22,560 nucleotides of DNA, taken from Candidatus Eiseniibacteriota bacterium (GTDB taxonomy: Bacteria > Eisenbacteria > RBG-16-71-46 > JABDJR01 > JAWXBZ01). The position numbers were made by a program, and so were the translations under genes. Location of the stretch: NCBI GenBank assembly GCA_034440375.1, contig JAWXBZ010000007.1, forward strand, positions 1-22,560, written 5' to 3'. Positions 8,102 to 17,821 of the stretch are shown piece by piece. Position 1 is the stretch's first letter. Every line of letters starts with the position of its first letter. The notes beneath the pieces are model-generated. The model ran no database searches. It was given only the letters and a program-made list of their open reading frames with translations, and had not been told where the DNA came from.

Positions 8102-9010
8102 CTACCAGTCGATCGTGCCCTGCCCCAGGTAGACCACCGGTCCTCCGACCTTGACCGACGAGATGCCGTCGTAGGAATTTTCGATTTCGATTTCGATCTG
8201 GCTGGGGCGTCCCACCTCGTGACCCTGTTCATTGCTGATCCGGACGATGGGATCGCAAGGCACCAGCTTGTGGCGCACCAGATAGGCGCCAAGACAACCG
8301 GCGGCGCTGCCCGATGCTGGATCCTCGCCGGTATGGTCCGGCATGATCAGCCGGCCGTGGGTCGTTGACATCGGGTCGATCGTTTCGCGGGTAAAGAGAT
8401 AAAACATCTTGCTGCCGAACAGCTCCGCCGCCTGCCGCACCAGGTCCATCCGGGGCATGACGCGTCGCAGCGCTTTCAGCGAGCGAAGCGGCACCATGAT
8501 CTGCTTCAAGCCGGTCGACACCATCTGGATCGGCAAATCGGGCGTGGCGAAATCGGATTCGGGAATGCCCATCGCTTCCGGCAGCGGTCCCGGCTCGTGG
8601 ATCGGCTCGTAGAATACGGGCTCCGACTGAGTCATCACGACTTTGCTCACCTGCCCGGCCCGGACCATGAGATCGACGGGAAGGATCCCGGCCCCGATCT
8701 CCTGGAAGACCCGCGTCACCGGCTCACTCAGCTCATAGCGACCCAGCCGTGCCAATACGAAGTGTGTGCCAAGCGTTGGGTGGCCGGCCATCGGCAGTTC
8801 CTCGGCCACGGTGAAGATCCGGACGCGAACGTTGGCGCCAATGGCGCGGGCCCGCTGCACGAACGTCGACTCCGAAAGATTCATCTCCCTGGCCAGGCTC
8901 TGCATGATGTCGGTTGGCAGCCCCTCCGCGTCGGGAAAGACCGCCAGTGGATTGCCGCCAAATGGGCGCGTGGTGAAGACGTTGACGCGGTGATACGTGA
9001 TGGTCGGCAC
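8102..9010 (-). CDS. PhzF family phenazine-biosynthesis-like isomerase (DAP epimerase fold)
   Basis: Motifs VFTTRPFGGNPLAV, REMNLSESTF, ELPMAGHPT, EDPASGSAAG and QGHEVGRPS. Confidence 0.93.
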   Translation of the reverse strand: MPTITYHRVNVFTTRPFGGNPLAVFPDAEGLPTDIMQSLAREMNLSESTFVQRARAIGANVRVRIFTVAEELPMAGHPTLGTHFVLARLGRYELSEPVTRVFQEIGAGILPVDLMVRAGQVSKVVMTQSEPVFYEPIHEPGPLPEAMGIPESDFATPDLPIQMVSTGLKQIMVPLRSLKALRRVMPRMDLVRQAAELFGSKMFYLFTRETIDPMSTTHGRLIMPDHTGEDPASGSAAGCLGAYLVRHKLVPCDPIVRISNEQGHEVGRPSQIEIEIENSYDGISSVKVGGPVVYLGQGTIDW

Positions 9011-9016
9011 GGACGA

Positions 9017-9412
9017 TCAGGGCTTCCGGAAAAACTGGTCGACGAGCTGGCGCGCCTCATCCCAATCGGTTTCGCGCACGTAGACACGGGCCCGGGAGAG
9101 GGGCACCGGGAGCCGGTAGAGGTGACCAATGGGGTCCTCGTGAACGACACAACCGATTCCGCAATTCTGGAGAAATTCGCGGATCATGGCCGCCATTTCG
9201 GGCATTGGTTCCTCGATGAGGAGCTTGAGCGCCCCATCACTTTTATCCACAGGGGTTTCACCGACGGGCTCCACCAAGTCGTCCTCCTCGAAGTCGTCCA
9301 TGTCCGGCAGCGGCCCCTCCATTTCGAGGACTTCCAGCAGAACGACATCGCAGGCCGGACACCGTTCCGTGTCGTAGTCAAACCTCGATCGACAGCGCGG
9401 GCAGATCGGCAT
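9017..9412 (-). CDS. Zinc-ribbon + DUF2007-like (putative signal-transducing) protein
   Basis: CPRC...CPAC N-terminus, acidic linker, then AAMIREFLQNCGIGC...VYVRETDWDEARQLV. GGAG upstream. Confidence 0.7.
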   Translation of the reverse strand: MPICPRCRSRFDYDTERCPACDVVLLEVLEMEGPLPDMDDFEEDDLVEPVGETPVDKSDGALKLLIEEPMPEMAAMIREFLQNCGIGCVVHEDPIGHLYRLPVPLSRARVYVRETDWDEARQLVDQFFRKP

Positions 9413-9608
9413 CAGGTTGCACTCCGTTGTCCAGCAACACTATACCAGCTTGACCCCGGGTGGATCGACGCTGTCGTCACCTGACCCGAATCCGGTGGCA
9501 TCCGGTCAATGGCGTACCACGGAACTGAACCGGAAAGGCCAGGGTGCCGATAACCGTAGTGGATGCGGGCGTCATCAGGCAAAATCGGTCCGGGAGGACG
9601 AAAATCCA

Positions 9609-10814
9609 GTGAATCGCAGGGGATTTGGATTCGTGATCGGGCTTCTCCTGACCCTTGGCTCGGAGGCCCGGGCCGATCGAATGGTTCGGGTGGCCGTAGC
9701 GGCCGACGACGCCTACCGTGCCCGCACGGGGTGGCAGGAACGGGCCGAGGCGGCACTTGTCGAGGCCGGGACGGCCTTCGGCGATTTCGGGATCACCTTC
9801 AAGATTGTCGAATTCCTGGACTGGGAGTCCGAATCTGCCGACCATGATGTGGCCGCGCTTCAGAACGAGATGTCGGCCGAGGTGGTGAGCTCCCGCGCGG
9901 AACTGATCGTGGGCTTCGCCGGCGCAACCGGAGGGCGTGGGAACAGGCACTTCATCCGGTTGGGCCATTCCGATACGCCAGGCCGCCATCTTCTGGTATC
10001 CGAGCGGGCCGGGCGCGACCTTTCCCTTGTCCTGCGCCACGAACTCGGCCATGCCTTCGGTCTTCCGCACGTTTCCCACACCGTTTCGGTGATGAACGAA
10101 GGGGTCGAATCGGGGCGCACCCGGTTCGACACGCTGAGCGCCGCCATCCTGCGCAACAACGCCCGGCTGGAGTTCCTGTCCGGCGATCCGCTGGCCGGGT
10201 GCAGCCTCGGTTCACTTTGGGGCCTTTACGATCAGGTGGCTTCCAACGGCGACGAGGTCGCCGATCTCATTGCCGTCATCGGCGACAGTTACCGCCGTCG
10301 CGGAGATCCGGAATCCTCGCGCCGGGCCTACGCGGAGGCCGAGCAGATCAGTCCCGGCTTGCGGTCGGCGCGGCTGGGCCTGGCCATGCTGGCACTGGCC
10401 GATGAACGCCCTTCCGAAGCGATCTCACTTCTAGAATCGCTCCGGAAGGAGGGCGCTGATGATGTCCCCGGCCTGGAAACGAGCCTTGGCTTGGCCTATG
10501 CCCAGCTCGGGCTCACCGCCAGCGCTGTCCGGGCCTACGAGACGGCCATCCGGCAGAATCCGGATGATTTCGCGGCGCTGAACAACCTCGGGCTTCTGCA
10601 CCTGGACGACGGCCGGCATCACGACGCAGAAATGCTTTTCCAGCAGGCCCTGGCCGTGCGGCCGCGATTTGCCCTGGCCTGGAACAACTACGGTGCCCTG
10701 CTCTACAAGACCGGTCGCCAGGACGAGGCGATCAAGGCCTTCCAAACCTCACTTGACCTCGAGCCGGACCAGTCGGGCGCGGACAACCTTCGTCAGCTCG
10801 TCGATCGCCGCTAG
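9609..10814 (+). CDS. Exported metzincin (matrixin-like) metalloprotease with C-terminal TPR repeats
   Basis: HELGHAFGLPH (10038-10070), Met-turn SVMN, TPRs such as ALNNLGLL and AWNNYGALL. A signal-peptide-like stretch follows GTG 9609, with GGAGG upstream. Confidence 0.82.
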   Translation: MNRRGFGFVIGLLLTLGSEARADRMVRVAVAADDAYRARTGWQERAEAALVEAGTAFGDFGITFKIVEFLDWESESADHDVAALQNEMSAEVVSSRAELIVGFAGATGGRGNRHFIRLGHSDTPGRHLLVSERAGRDLSLVLRHELGHAFGLPHVSHTVSVMNEGVESGRTRFDTLSAAILRNNARLEFLSGDPLAGCSLGSLWGLYDQVASNGDEVADLIAVIGDSYRRRGDPESSRRAYAEAEQISPGLRSARLGLAMLALADERPSEAISLLESLRKEGADDVPGLETSLGLAYAQLGLTASAVRAYETAIRQNPDDFAALNNLGLLHLDDGRHHDAEMLFQQALAVRPRFALAWNNYGALLYKTGRQDEAIKAFQTSLDLEPDQSGADNLRQLVDRR

Positions 10815-10885
10815 TCGGAATCGGCCCATCCTGATAGCCTGCTTGATGTTCCGTCCATTCCGTCGACTCCATCCGTCATGAGGCC

Positions 10886-12784
10886 ATGACCCAGACGCGC
10901 ACGCACGATCAGAGTGGACCGCGGCCGGGCGACCTCCTCCGCGCCGGCATCGGCGGCGGCCTCATGGTCGGTCTTCTCCTCGGCCGATTGACGCTCGGCA
11001 TGAATCCCCATCTCGCGGAAGGCCTCCGTGATCCGCTGCTGCTCTTCCTCTACTTTGCGATCGGCTATGGATTGGTCGGCCTCGTGCTCGGCCTCCTGGG
11101 TGTTGTCCTTCTCGCGTTGATCGGTGTCATGGCCGGCCGGTCGTCCGCCACCACGGAGCGGCTCGGTACGGCGGGCGTGGCCGGCCTCCTGATCGGCCCC
11201 TTGATCTACTACGGCCTCCTGCCGGATGTCGGCCTGCAGCACGGATTCCTGTCGGGGTTGCTCTTCGGAGCCTCGAAACCACGGCTGCTGCTGTCGCTGG
11301 CCGGCCTGATCGTGGGCCTGTCCGTCATCGGGTGGCTGATCCGTCCGCTGGTTGCCGGCCTGGCGCGCTCGATGGGAATGACAAGCCGGCAACTTCTGAC
11401 TCGCGGGATGGTTCTGGCCGGGGCACTGATCGTGGCGATGACCCTGGCCTTCCCGCCGAAAGCGCCGACCCCCACAATCGCCGCTCCGGCTGCACTGGCC
11501 GACATCCCGCCACCGCCGGCCTCCCGCCCACCTCTGGTGCTCCTCTGCATCGATGGCGCCGACCTGGACGACATGATCCTTCCGATGACGGGCCGCGGTG
11601 AACTTCCAACGTTTGCCCGCCTGATGCGCGAGGGAACCTGGGGGGCGCTGGCAACCATCGAGCCGACGTTATCCGCGGTGGTCTGGACCACGATCATCAC
11701 CGGCAAGACGCCGGCGCAGCACGGCATCCGGCACTTCATCGTCTTCCGACTTCCGGGGATACGGAAGGCCATCCACCAGTTCCCGCGACATACCGGCCTC
11801 AACTTCCGGGTCTTCCCGATGCTGGAGAAACTGCCGGGGATGCCGTCGCTCCAGTCCCCGTACACGAGCAACATGCGCACGGCGGAGGCCCTCTGGAACA
11901 TCGTCGGGCGGTTCATGCCGGTGGGCGCCTATCGCTGGCTCGTCACCTGGCCGGTCGAGAAGCTGAACGGCTTCAACGTGGCCGGGGGTGTCGGCTGGCT
12001 TCAGATCATGGGTTCCTTCGAGAGCCAGGCCCATGACATGTTGCAACAAGGATTCCACTTTCCCGCCGATGTCTACACTGGCCTGCCGCCACCGCCCACG
12101 ATTCCCGATGTGACCCGATTGATGCTCGAGCCCTATGTCGGCGCTGGGCACGACGCTCCCGCCTCCGACTGGAAGGTCAAGGCAATCGCCGCCGCGTTGC
12201 GCGACCCGACCGGTCATTACCTGCCACGGCTGATGGAGAAGTATGACGCGCGCTTTGTGGCCGCCAGCTTTTATCCAGTCGACGAGTTCTGCCACTACTT
12301 CGCGGTTTACAAGGACAAGGGGGGAATTTTTTCGGGGGCGGTCGCCGAACGATACCGCGCCACCGACGCGCGGCTCGGCGAATTTCTCGACGCGATGGGC
12401 GATTCCGTCAACATCGTGATCGTATCCGATCACGGATATGACTTCGCCCAGAACCACCACACGAATGCACCGGCCGGCGTCCTCTTCGGCATCGGGCCGG
12501 ATTTTGCGAAGGGGCGGCGCCTCGACACGTTGAACGTTTACGACGTGGCGCCGCTCTGCCTGTCGCTGCTCGGCCTGCCCCTGGCCGATGACATGCCCGG
12601 AACGAGAGAGCCCCGGTTTGAGGCGGCACTTGACAGCGCTGGCGCGGGTGCCACCAGTCTCCGGCAGTCTCCCACCATAATCGCCACCTGGGAAACGGGC
12701 CTTCGCCACGCCGATGACCCGATCTCTAGCCCGATCGATGCGCAGATCAAGGAGCAGCTGCGGAGTCTGGGGTATATCAACTAG
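10886..12784 (+). CDS. Membrane-anchored alkaline phosphatase superfamily protein (type I phosphodiesterase/sulfatase-like)
   Basis: About 5 N-terminal TM segments, then IDGAD, PTLSAVVWTTIITGKTPAQHGI, VSDHG and the C-terminal QLRSLGYI. Confidence 0.85.
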   Translation: MTQTRTHDQSGPRPGDLLRAGIGGGLMVGLLLGRLTLGMNPHLAEGLRDPLLLFLYFAIGYGLVGLVLGLLGVVLLALIGVMAGRSSATTERLGTAGVAGLLIGPLIYYGLLPDVGLQHGFLSGLLFGASKPRLLLSLAGLIVGLSVIGWLIRPLVAGLARSMGMTSRQLLTRGMVLAGALIVAMTLAFPPKAPTPTIAAPAALADIPPPPASRPPLVLLCIDGADLDDMILPMTGRGELPTFARLMREGTWGALATIEPTLSAVVWTTIITGKTPAQHGIRHFIVFRLPGIRKAIHQFPRHTGLNFRVFPMLEKLPGMPSLQSPYTSNMRTAEALWNIVGRFMPVGAYRWLVTWPVEKLNGFNVAGGVGWLQIMGSFESQAHDMLQQGFHFPADVYTGLPPPPTIPDVTRLMLEPYVGAGHDAPASDWKVKAIAAALRDPTGHYLPRLMEKYDARFVAASFYPVDEFCHYFAVYKDKGGIFSGAVAERYRATDARLGEFLDAMGDSVNIVIVSDHGYDFAQNHHTNAPAGVLFGIGPDFAKGRRLDTLNVYDVAPLCLSLLGLPLADDMPGTREPRFEAALDSAGAGATSLRQSPTIIATWETGLRHADDPISSPIDAQIKEQLRSLGYIN

Positions 12785-12793
12785 ACGGTTGGC

Positions 12794-13618
12794 TCAGCCG
12801 GACGCCGACCCCAGGTAAGCCGCCACCCCCAACCCGATCGCCGCCAGCGTCACGACCACCGCCACCCAGGCAAGAGCCGTCCAGAGACGCTCGTCGCCGC
12901 GGCCGTTGCGGTCGCCCATCAGGAACGACAGGGCAATGCCGCTGACCAGGCCACCGAGGTGGGCGGCGTTGTCGGCCCGGATCAGGAGGCCGAAAAGGAG
13001 CGCGTACAACCCCCACTGGATCATGGAGCCGCGAATCATCTTGCCGAAGGCATCGCCACGGCGATGACCGTACAGGCCGGCCGCACCGATCAGGCCGAAC
13101 AGCGAGCCGGAGGCACCGATCGAAATGTTCGTGGGCGAGGTCCAGGCACCGAGCAGAAATCCGAGTGCGCCGGACAGGATGAAGATGAGGATGAAGCGTG
13201 GGCGGCCATAGGCCTGCTCCGCCAGCGGCCCCGCCTGGATCAGCGCCATCGAATTGAACAACAGGTGAAGAAAGTTGCCGTGCAGGAAGATCGGCACGAT
13301 CAGCCGCCACCACTCGCCAGCCAGGATACGGGGCGTCGAGCGGGCACCCATCTCGAATAGCAGGCCACCCGGCACGTTCATCAGTGCCGCCCACAACCCC
13401 TTGCCCCCGAGAGCACCCAGCGTGGCCACCATCTCGAGGACGAAGAAGAGGATGCAGATGCCGATCAGCCATCCAGTCACCATTCCGGGGTTGTCCGATG
13501 CCGACAGATGAACCTCGCGGACGCTTTTTCGGTCGGCGGCCGCGCCGCAATAGGGACAGAGTCGCTCAGTCGAATCGATCAGCGCCCGGCACGCCGGGCA
13601 TGGTTTAAGGCTGGACAT
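12794..13618 (-). CDS. Rhomboid intramembrane serine protease with N-terminal zinc ribbon
   Basis: WRL, HLLFNS, GASG (catalytic Ser) and AHLGG (catalytic His). N-terminal CPAC...CPYCG. Confidence 0.92.
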   Translation of the reverse strand: MSSLKPCPACRALIDSTERLCPYCGAAADRKSVREVHLSASDNPGMVTGWLIGICILFFVLEMVATLGALGGKGLWAALMNVPGGLLFEMGARSTPRILAGEWWRLIVPIFLHGNFLHLLFNSMALIQAGPLAEQAYGRPRFILIFILSGALGFLLGAWTSPTNISIGASGSLFGLIGAAGLYGHRRGDAFGKMIRGSMIQWGLYALLFGLLIRADNAAHLGGLVSGIALSFLMGDRNGRGDERLWTALAWVAVVVTLAAIGLGVAAYLGSASG

Positions 13619-13796
13619 CAGCCGACCATAACGCCGGGAGTCGTCGGCTCACAAGCGCCGGACGATGCGACCAGCGGGACGTCGGTCCTTTGATGCTGCC
13701 CCGTCGCATCCAACAGTTTGTCCGGGTACTATCCGCGCGGATGACGGTCGCGCGTTTCCGGGAGGATCGACAACCGGTCGGGGGCACGGGAGGATA

Positions 13797-14966
13797 ATGG
13801 TTCGGCAGATCGGGTTCCGGTTGGTCCTCCTGATGACCTCGCTGGCCATCGCCCTCCTGGCAGCCGAGTTCGCCCTCCGGCTGGCATTGCCGATTCCCGA
13901 CCCCTACGCGACCACCAAGGAAGGCCGGATAGCCGGGTTCGAAAACTCCTTCATCCGGTCGCAGTTTGCTCCCGACTACACGATGACAACCTTGCCGGAG
14001 CCGGGCCTGCCGGGCGTCTCGGGATCCAAGCGGTTCACGGTGAACAACTTCGGATATCGCGGTCCGACCCTCACGGTTCCAAAGCCAAAGGGCGAGCTTC
14101 GAATCTTCCTGGTCGGTGGCAGCTCGACGGAGTGTCTTTACCTGGACGATTCGGAATCCCTGGACGCCGTGCTGCAGCGGGAACTTCAGACGGACTCCGA
14201 TTGCACCGTTCGCGTTCATAACGCCGGAAAATCGGGTGATGCCAGCGATGATCATGTCTCGATGCTGGTTCACCGGATCGTCCACCTGGAGCCGGATCTC
14301 ATCATCGTTTTTGCCGGCTTGAACGATCTGGGTCGGGCCATCTACAACCACGACTATCTTCATCTGGATGCCGTGTCCCAGCCAAACCGCCCGTCACCAC
14401 TCCTGCTCCTGGCCTCTGAATTCCAGGTATTTCGCCGCATGTACTACACATTCAAGCGAGTGGCCCCCTCGGAAAAGGAAATTCTCGAAGGCGTCACGCA
14501 GACCACCAATTATCGAAAGAAGGTGGCCGTCCGCCAGTCGTATCCGATCACGGATGGCCCGCCCCGCGTCGACCACGATCCCTATGAAGCAAACCTGCGA
14601 ACGCTGGCCGGAGCGGCGCGCGCCAACGGTGCCCGGGTCGTCTTTCTGACCCAGCAAACCACCTGGAACAGCACGGTGGATCCGAAAGCGGAGGACTGGC
14701 ACTGGCTGACGTTGCTGAACGGCGTGCGCTATCGGGAGGACGAGCTCGATCGCGCCCTGGAGGGGTACAACGACGTCATGCGACGCGTGGCCACCCAGCT
14801 GGACGTGCCCCTGCTCGATCTCTCGGCGTCGCTCGTCAAGTCTCTCGACTTTTTCTACGACGATGTGCACTTCAATGTTCGTGGGGCACAACAGACGGCG
14901 CAGTCCCTCGCTCAAATGCTGCGCGATCGGGGCCTTTGCTCCTGCGTGAGCACTGAAGGCCGGTGA
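13797..14966 (+). CDS. Membrane-anchored SGNH/GDSL hydrolase family protein
   Basis: N-terminal TM ending AEFALR, and blocks GGSSTE, NAGKSG, GLND and DDVHFN. ATG 13797 follows GGGAGG. Confidence 0.85.
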   Translation: MVRQIGFRLVLLMTSLAIALLAAEFALRLALPIPDPYATTKEGRIAGFENSFIRSQFAPDYTMTTLPEPGLPGVSGSKRFTVNNFGYRGPTLTVPKPKGELRIFLVGGSSTECLYLDDSESLDAVLQRELQTDSDCTVRVHNAGKSGDASDDHVSMLVHRIVHLEPDLIIVFAGLNDLGRAIYNHDYLHLDAVSQPNRPSPLLLLASEFQVFRRMYYTFKRVAPSEKEILEGVTQTTNYRKKVAVRQSYPITDGPPRVDHDPYEANLRTLAGAARANGARVVFLTQQTTWNSTVDPKAEDWHWLTLLNGVRYREDELDRALEGYNDVMRRVATQLDVPLLDLSASLVKSLDFFYDDVHFNVRGAQQTAQSLAQMLRDRGLCSCVSTEGR

Positions 14967-14996
14967 GCGGAGAAACCGGCTGAGTCGTGCCGGTCG

Positions 14997-15254
14997 CTAG
15001 GGCTGCTCCTCGTAGTCCGCAAGGCGGATGCCGTGCTTCGCCATCGCCTCCTTCATCTGGTCTTTCAGATGCGCGGGCGTGGCCTTGACCAGACCGATCA
15101 CCATGGTGGCCATGTCCACCTGCGACACGCCGCGGGTCGCCGCCACCTTGGCCACTTCGTTCCGGCCCATCTTCTCGGCCAGCGGCCGCATGAAGACGGG
15201 AATCTCGCCTAACAGCACCTTGAACTTGTCACTGGCTTCCGGTGTCCACTCCAT
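14997..15254 (-). CDS. Small PCP_red/DUF2621-like protein
   Basis: Pattern MEWTPEA...IPVFMRPLA...KATPAH, with a strong AAGGAG SD. Confidence 0.7.
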   Translation of the reverse strand: MEWTPEASDKFKVLLGEIPVFMRPLAEKMGRNEVAKVAATRGVSQVDMATMVIGLVKATPAHLKDQMKEAMAKHGIRLADYEEQP

Positions 15255-15288
15255 CGTGCGCTCCTTCGTTTCACCATGTCGATCGTGA

Positions 15289-16995
15289 TCAGGGCGTGCC
15301 GGCCACCTGGTTGGCCGCCTTCCGCAGCAAGGGCGAAAGCGGGTCGAAGCGGATCGCCTCCATCAGCCAGCTCTTCGCTTTCGCGGAATCCCGCCGCGCG
15401 GCGTACAACAGGCCCACGGCACCGCAGTAGAGGCCACGGGCCGGTTCATCGAGCCGGTTGAAATTTCTTCCAACGTACTGAAGATGAGGCTCCGCGACGG
15501 CGGCATTCATTTCGCGCAACGCCAGGACCGCCAGGCCAAGGCGTGCCCGCCATTGCGTGGAATCGATGGCCGCCGACCGGCTGAGGTCGCGGTGGGCCTC
15601 GTCCAATCGCCCGAGCCCGCCACGGCATATTCCCAGCCAGGACAGCATCGGGGCGCTCACGGCTCCGGCCGCGCCGCTGTTGGCCGTCATGGCCCCGAGG
15701 ATGGCCGCTTCCATCCGCCCGGCGATCGGCAGGTCGGACGGCAAACCGGCCGCCGCCTCGAGCGCGTGAACGGTATACAACTCGGTCGCCTGATCGTTGA
15801 TGTCGTCGGGATCGCGAACCATCAGTGACCGCCACAGGCCGGCGGCCCCGTCCAGGTCACCGAGCAGCAAGGCCAGCCGCGCCAGCTCGGCGCGAGTTCG
15901 CGGATATCGTGACGGCGCCAGCAGCTCGCAACGGTTCAGGTTGGCCGCCGCGTAGGCGGCATCGCCGGCCCGCTGCTCACGTCGCTTCACCAGGAGATGC
16001 CACAACCCTGCGGCGAGCGAGTCACGCGAGGCGACCGTGTGCCGCATCAGGAGACCTTCGGCCGCAATCGGCAGGAATATCTGACCGGTCACGATCGAGC
16101 CGAGCAGGCCATGCGCTTCCGCCAGGTTCGTATCGCTTTCGGCGGCCGCCTGAAACGCCCGCCGTGTCTCGGGTGACACCACGCGGGCCATCAGGCTGAA
16201 GAGTGAATCGGCCCCGGCCGAACGCCAACGCTCCGGATGCAGTGCCTGATCGGCGCGCACCTCGAGGATGGCCCGATCGATCCGAAACCGGCCCCGTTCC
16301 AGGTGAAAACGTGCCGCTCGCTGGCTGTCCGCCGGTGCTGGGGCGGCAAAAAAGTGTTCTCCGTCGGCCAATCGGTCCCGAAAGACCCGTTCGGTCGAGG
16401 CCGCCGGGTTGGCGAGGAGTCGTTCCAGCTCCGCGTTGACCAGCCGGCCATGGAGGCGCGCCGGTACGCGTGATGAGGCCGCCGCCTTTCGGTAGCTGGC
16501 CAGCGCCGAATCGGGGTAACCCAGGAAACGATGAAGGTCCCCTTCGTCGGTCAGGACTTCGCCGTTGTCCGGCACCCCGGCCAACAACCGGGCGTAGCTA
16601 CGCCTGGCCCGAACGGCCCGTGCCTCGCTGGTCATGGAATCGGCATTCGAAACGCGCCGCAGGTCGGTGGGGCCCTGTCGTTGCGCCGCGCCAAGAAATG
16701 CAAGCTCCAGTTCCAGCCGCGCCCGAACCAGCATCGGCAGGTTTCGCTTGTCGATCTCCCGCCGCCGCCACAGGAAATCCTCCAGCACCGGATGCGCCAT
16801 CGGTTCATAGGCCGTCGGGTCCCAACCCCACTGGAGCCCGGGCTCGAGCGGCGGCATCGGGAGGGTGCGAAACAGTTCGGAGATGGTGTCCGGAGCGGTG
16901 GCCGACTCCTGGGCGCTGGCCGCACCACCCCTGTCAACCAGGCCGACAGCCAGGACCACCAGGATCAGAGCCAGCGCGTTGCCCGACCTATTCAT
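15289..16995 (-). CDS. Exported helical-repeat (TPR-like) hypothetical protein
   Basis: Signal-peptide-like MNRSGNALALILVVLAVG and TPR-like segments. ATG 16995 overlaps the upstream stop by 8 nt. Confidence 0.65.
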   Translation of the reverse strand: MNRSGNALALILVVLAVGLVDRGGAASAQESATAPDTISELFRTLPMPPLEPGLQWGWDPTAYEPMAHPVLEDFLWRRREIDKRNLPMLVRARLELELAFLGAAQRQGPTDLRRVSNADSMTSEARAVRARRSYARLLAGVPDNGEVLTDEGDLHRFLGYPDSALASYRKAAASSRVPARLHGRLVNAELERLLANPAASTERVFRDRLADGEHFFAAPAPADSQRAARFHLERGRFRIDRAILEVRADQALHPERWRSAGADSLFSLMARVVSPETRRAFQAAAESDTNLAEAHGLLGSIVTGQIFLPIAAEGLLMRHTVASRDSLAAGLWHLLVKRREQRAGDAAYAAANLNRCELLAPSRYPRTRAELARLALLLGDLDGAAGLWRSLMVRDPDDINDQATELYTVHALEAAAGLPSDLPIAGRMEAAILGAMTANSGAAGAVSAPMLSWLGICRGGLGRLDEAHRDLSRSAAIDSTQWRARLGLAVLALREMNAAVAEPHLQYVGRNFNRLDEPARGLYCGAVGLLYAARRDSAKAKSWLMEAIRFDPLSPLLRKAANQVAGTP

Positions 16996-17821
16996 CAAAA
17001 ATGACCGTCGGCTCGGGATAGGCGCGGATCTTCTTCTCGCGGCTCTTCCTGGCAATCAAGGCCGCCAGTTCCCGGTTCCGTGCCGCCAGGGTCTTCTTCC
17101 CGCGCAGCACCGACAGGGGGAGATTCACCTTGAGCGCCCGGTTGGGAATGAAGTGCTTGGTGATTCCGGGCGGAAGTTTTTCTCCTTCCTTGAGGGCGAA
17201 GCGAACGATGTCCTGCTTCCGGAATCCCGGAAAGAGGATGACCGCCGTGACATTGGCCGCCGTCTGCTCGGCCAGCCGGTCGATCTGCTCGTCCGCGATT
17301 CGATAAATCTGCGTGCGGCGCTTGTATATGTCGGTGACGGCCCGCATCACCGCCGCCGGGCTCACGCCGGGGCGGGGCAGGACACGCCATGCCGTTCCGT
17401 TTCGCGGACGGACGACGCAGGCGACCCGCTTTCCGGACAACGCCCTCTCGGCAGTCTTGGCCTCGGTTTTCTCCACGATGGCCAGCGGGATCTTCCGCAC
17501 CGATTCGAGCAGGGCGGCGCCGTCCAGTTCCAGCAGGAGGTGGTGCCACCGGTGCAGTCGAACCTCCGGGTCCGCGTAGTCGACCACCTGCACCATCAGC
17601 GCGGTCAGCTTCAGTACAAATGCGGCGCTGACCCGGTTGGCACCGTCGAGCACGATCAATTTTGAAGTGCCCGGTACACTGGCCACGATGGGCGGATTCC
17701 CAAGCACCTTCTCTTCAGCCAGCCGCGCGGCGATTCGCTCGCTCCGCGACGGGTCGGATTCCTCGTGCAGAACAAGCCGCCGGGTGTCGACGATGCGCAG
17801 GTCCGGCAGTTTCAGTTCCAT
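16988..17821 (-). CDS. ParB/Srx-fold protein resembling SerK/SbnI free L-serine kinases
   Basis: LVLHEESD, NPPIV, IVLDGANR, VQVVDY...VRLHRWHH and C-terminal GEKLPPGITKHFIPNRALKVNLPL. Confidence 0.7.
   Translation of the reverse strand: MELKLPDLRIVDTRRLVLHEESDPSRSERIAARLAEEKVLGNPPIVASVPGTSKLIVLDGANRVSAAFVLKLTALMVQVVDYADPEVRLHRWHHLLLELDGAALLESVRKIPLAIVEKTEAKTAERALSGKRVACVVRPRNGTAWRVLPRPGVSPAAVMRAVTDIYKRRTQIYRIADEQIDRLAEQTAANVTAVILFPGFRKQDIVRFALKEGEKLPPGITKHFIPNRALKVNLPLSVLRGKKTLAARNRELAALIARKSREKKIRAYPEPTVIFDE

Noticed and set aside
8179-8197. Tandem TTTCGA repeat
   Set aside because: It simply encodes the IEIEIE beta strand of the PhzF protein.
8102-9010. Phenazine biosynthesis cluster
   Set aside because: This is a stand-alone PhzF-family gene with no other phz genes nearby.
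16988-17821. Chromosome-partitioning ParB
   Set aside because: There is no GxxRxxA plus HTH DNA-binding region and no parA neighbour. The C-terminus fits SerK/SbnI better.
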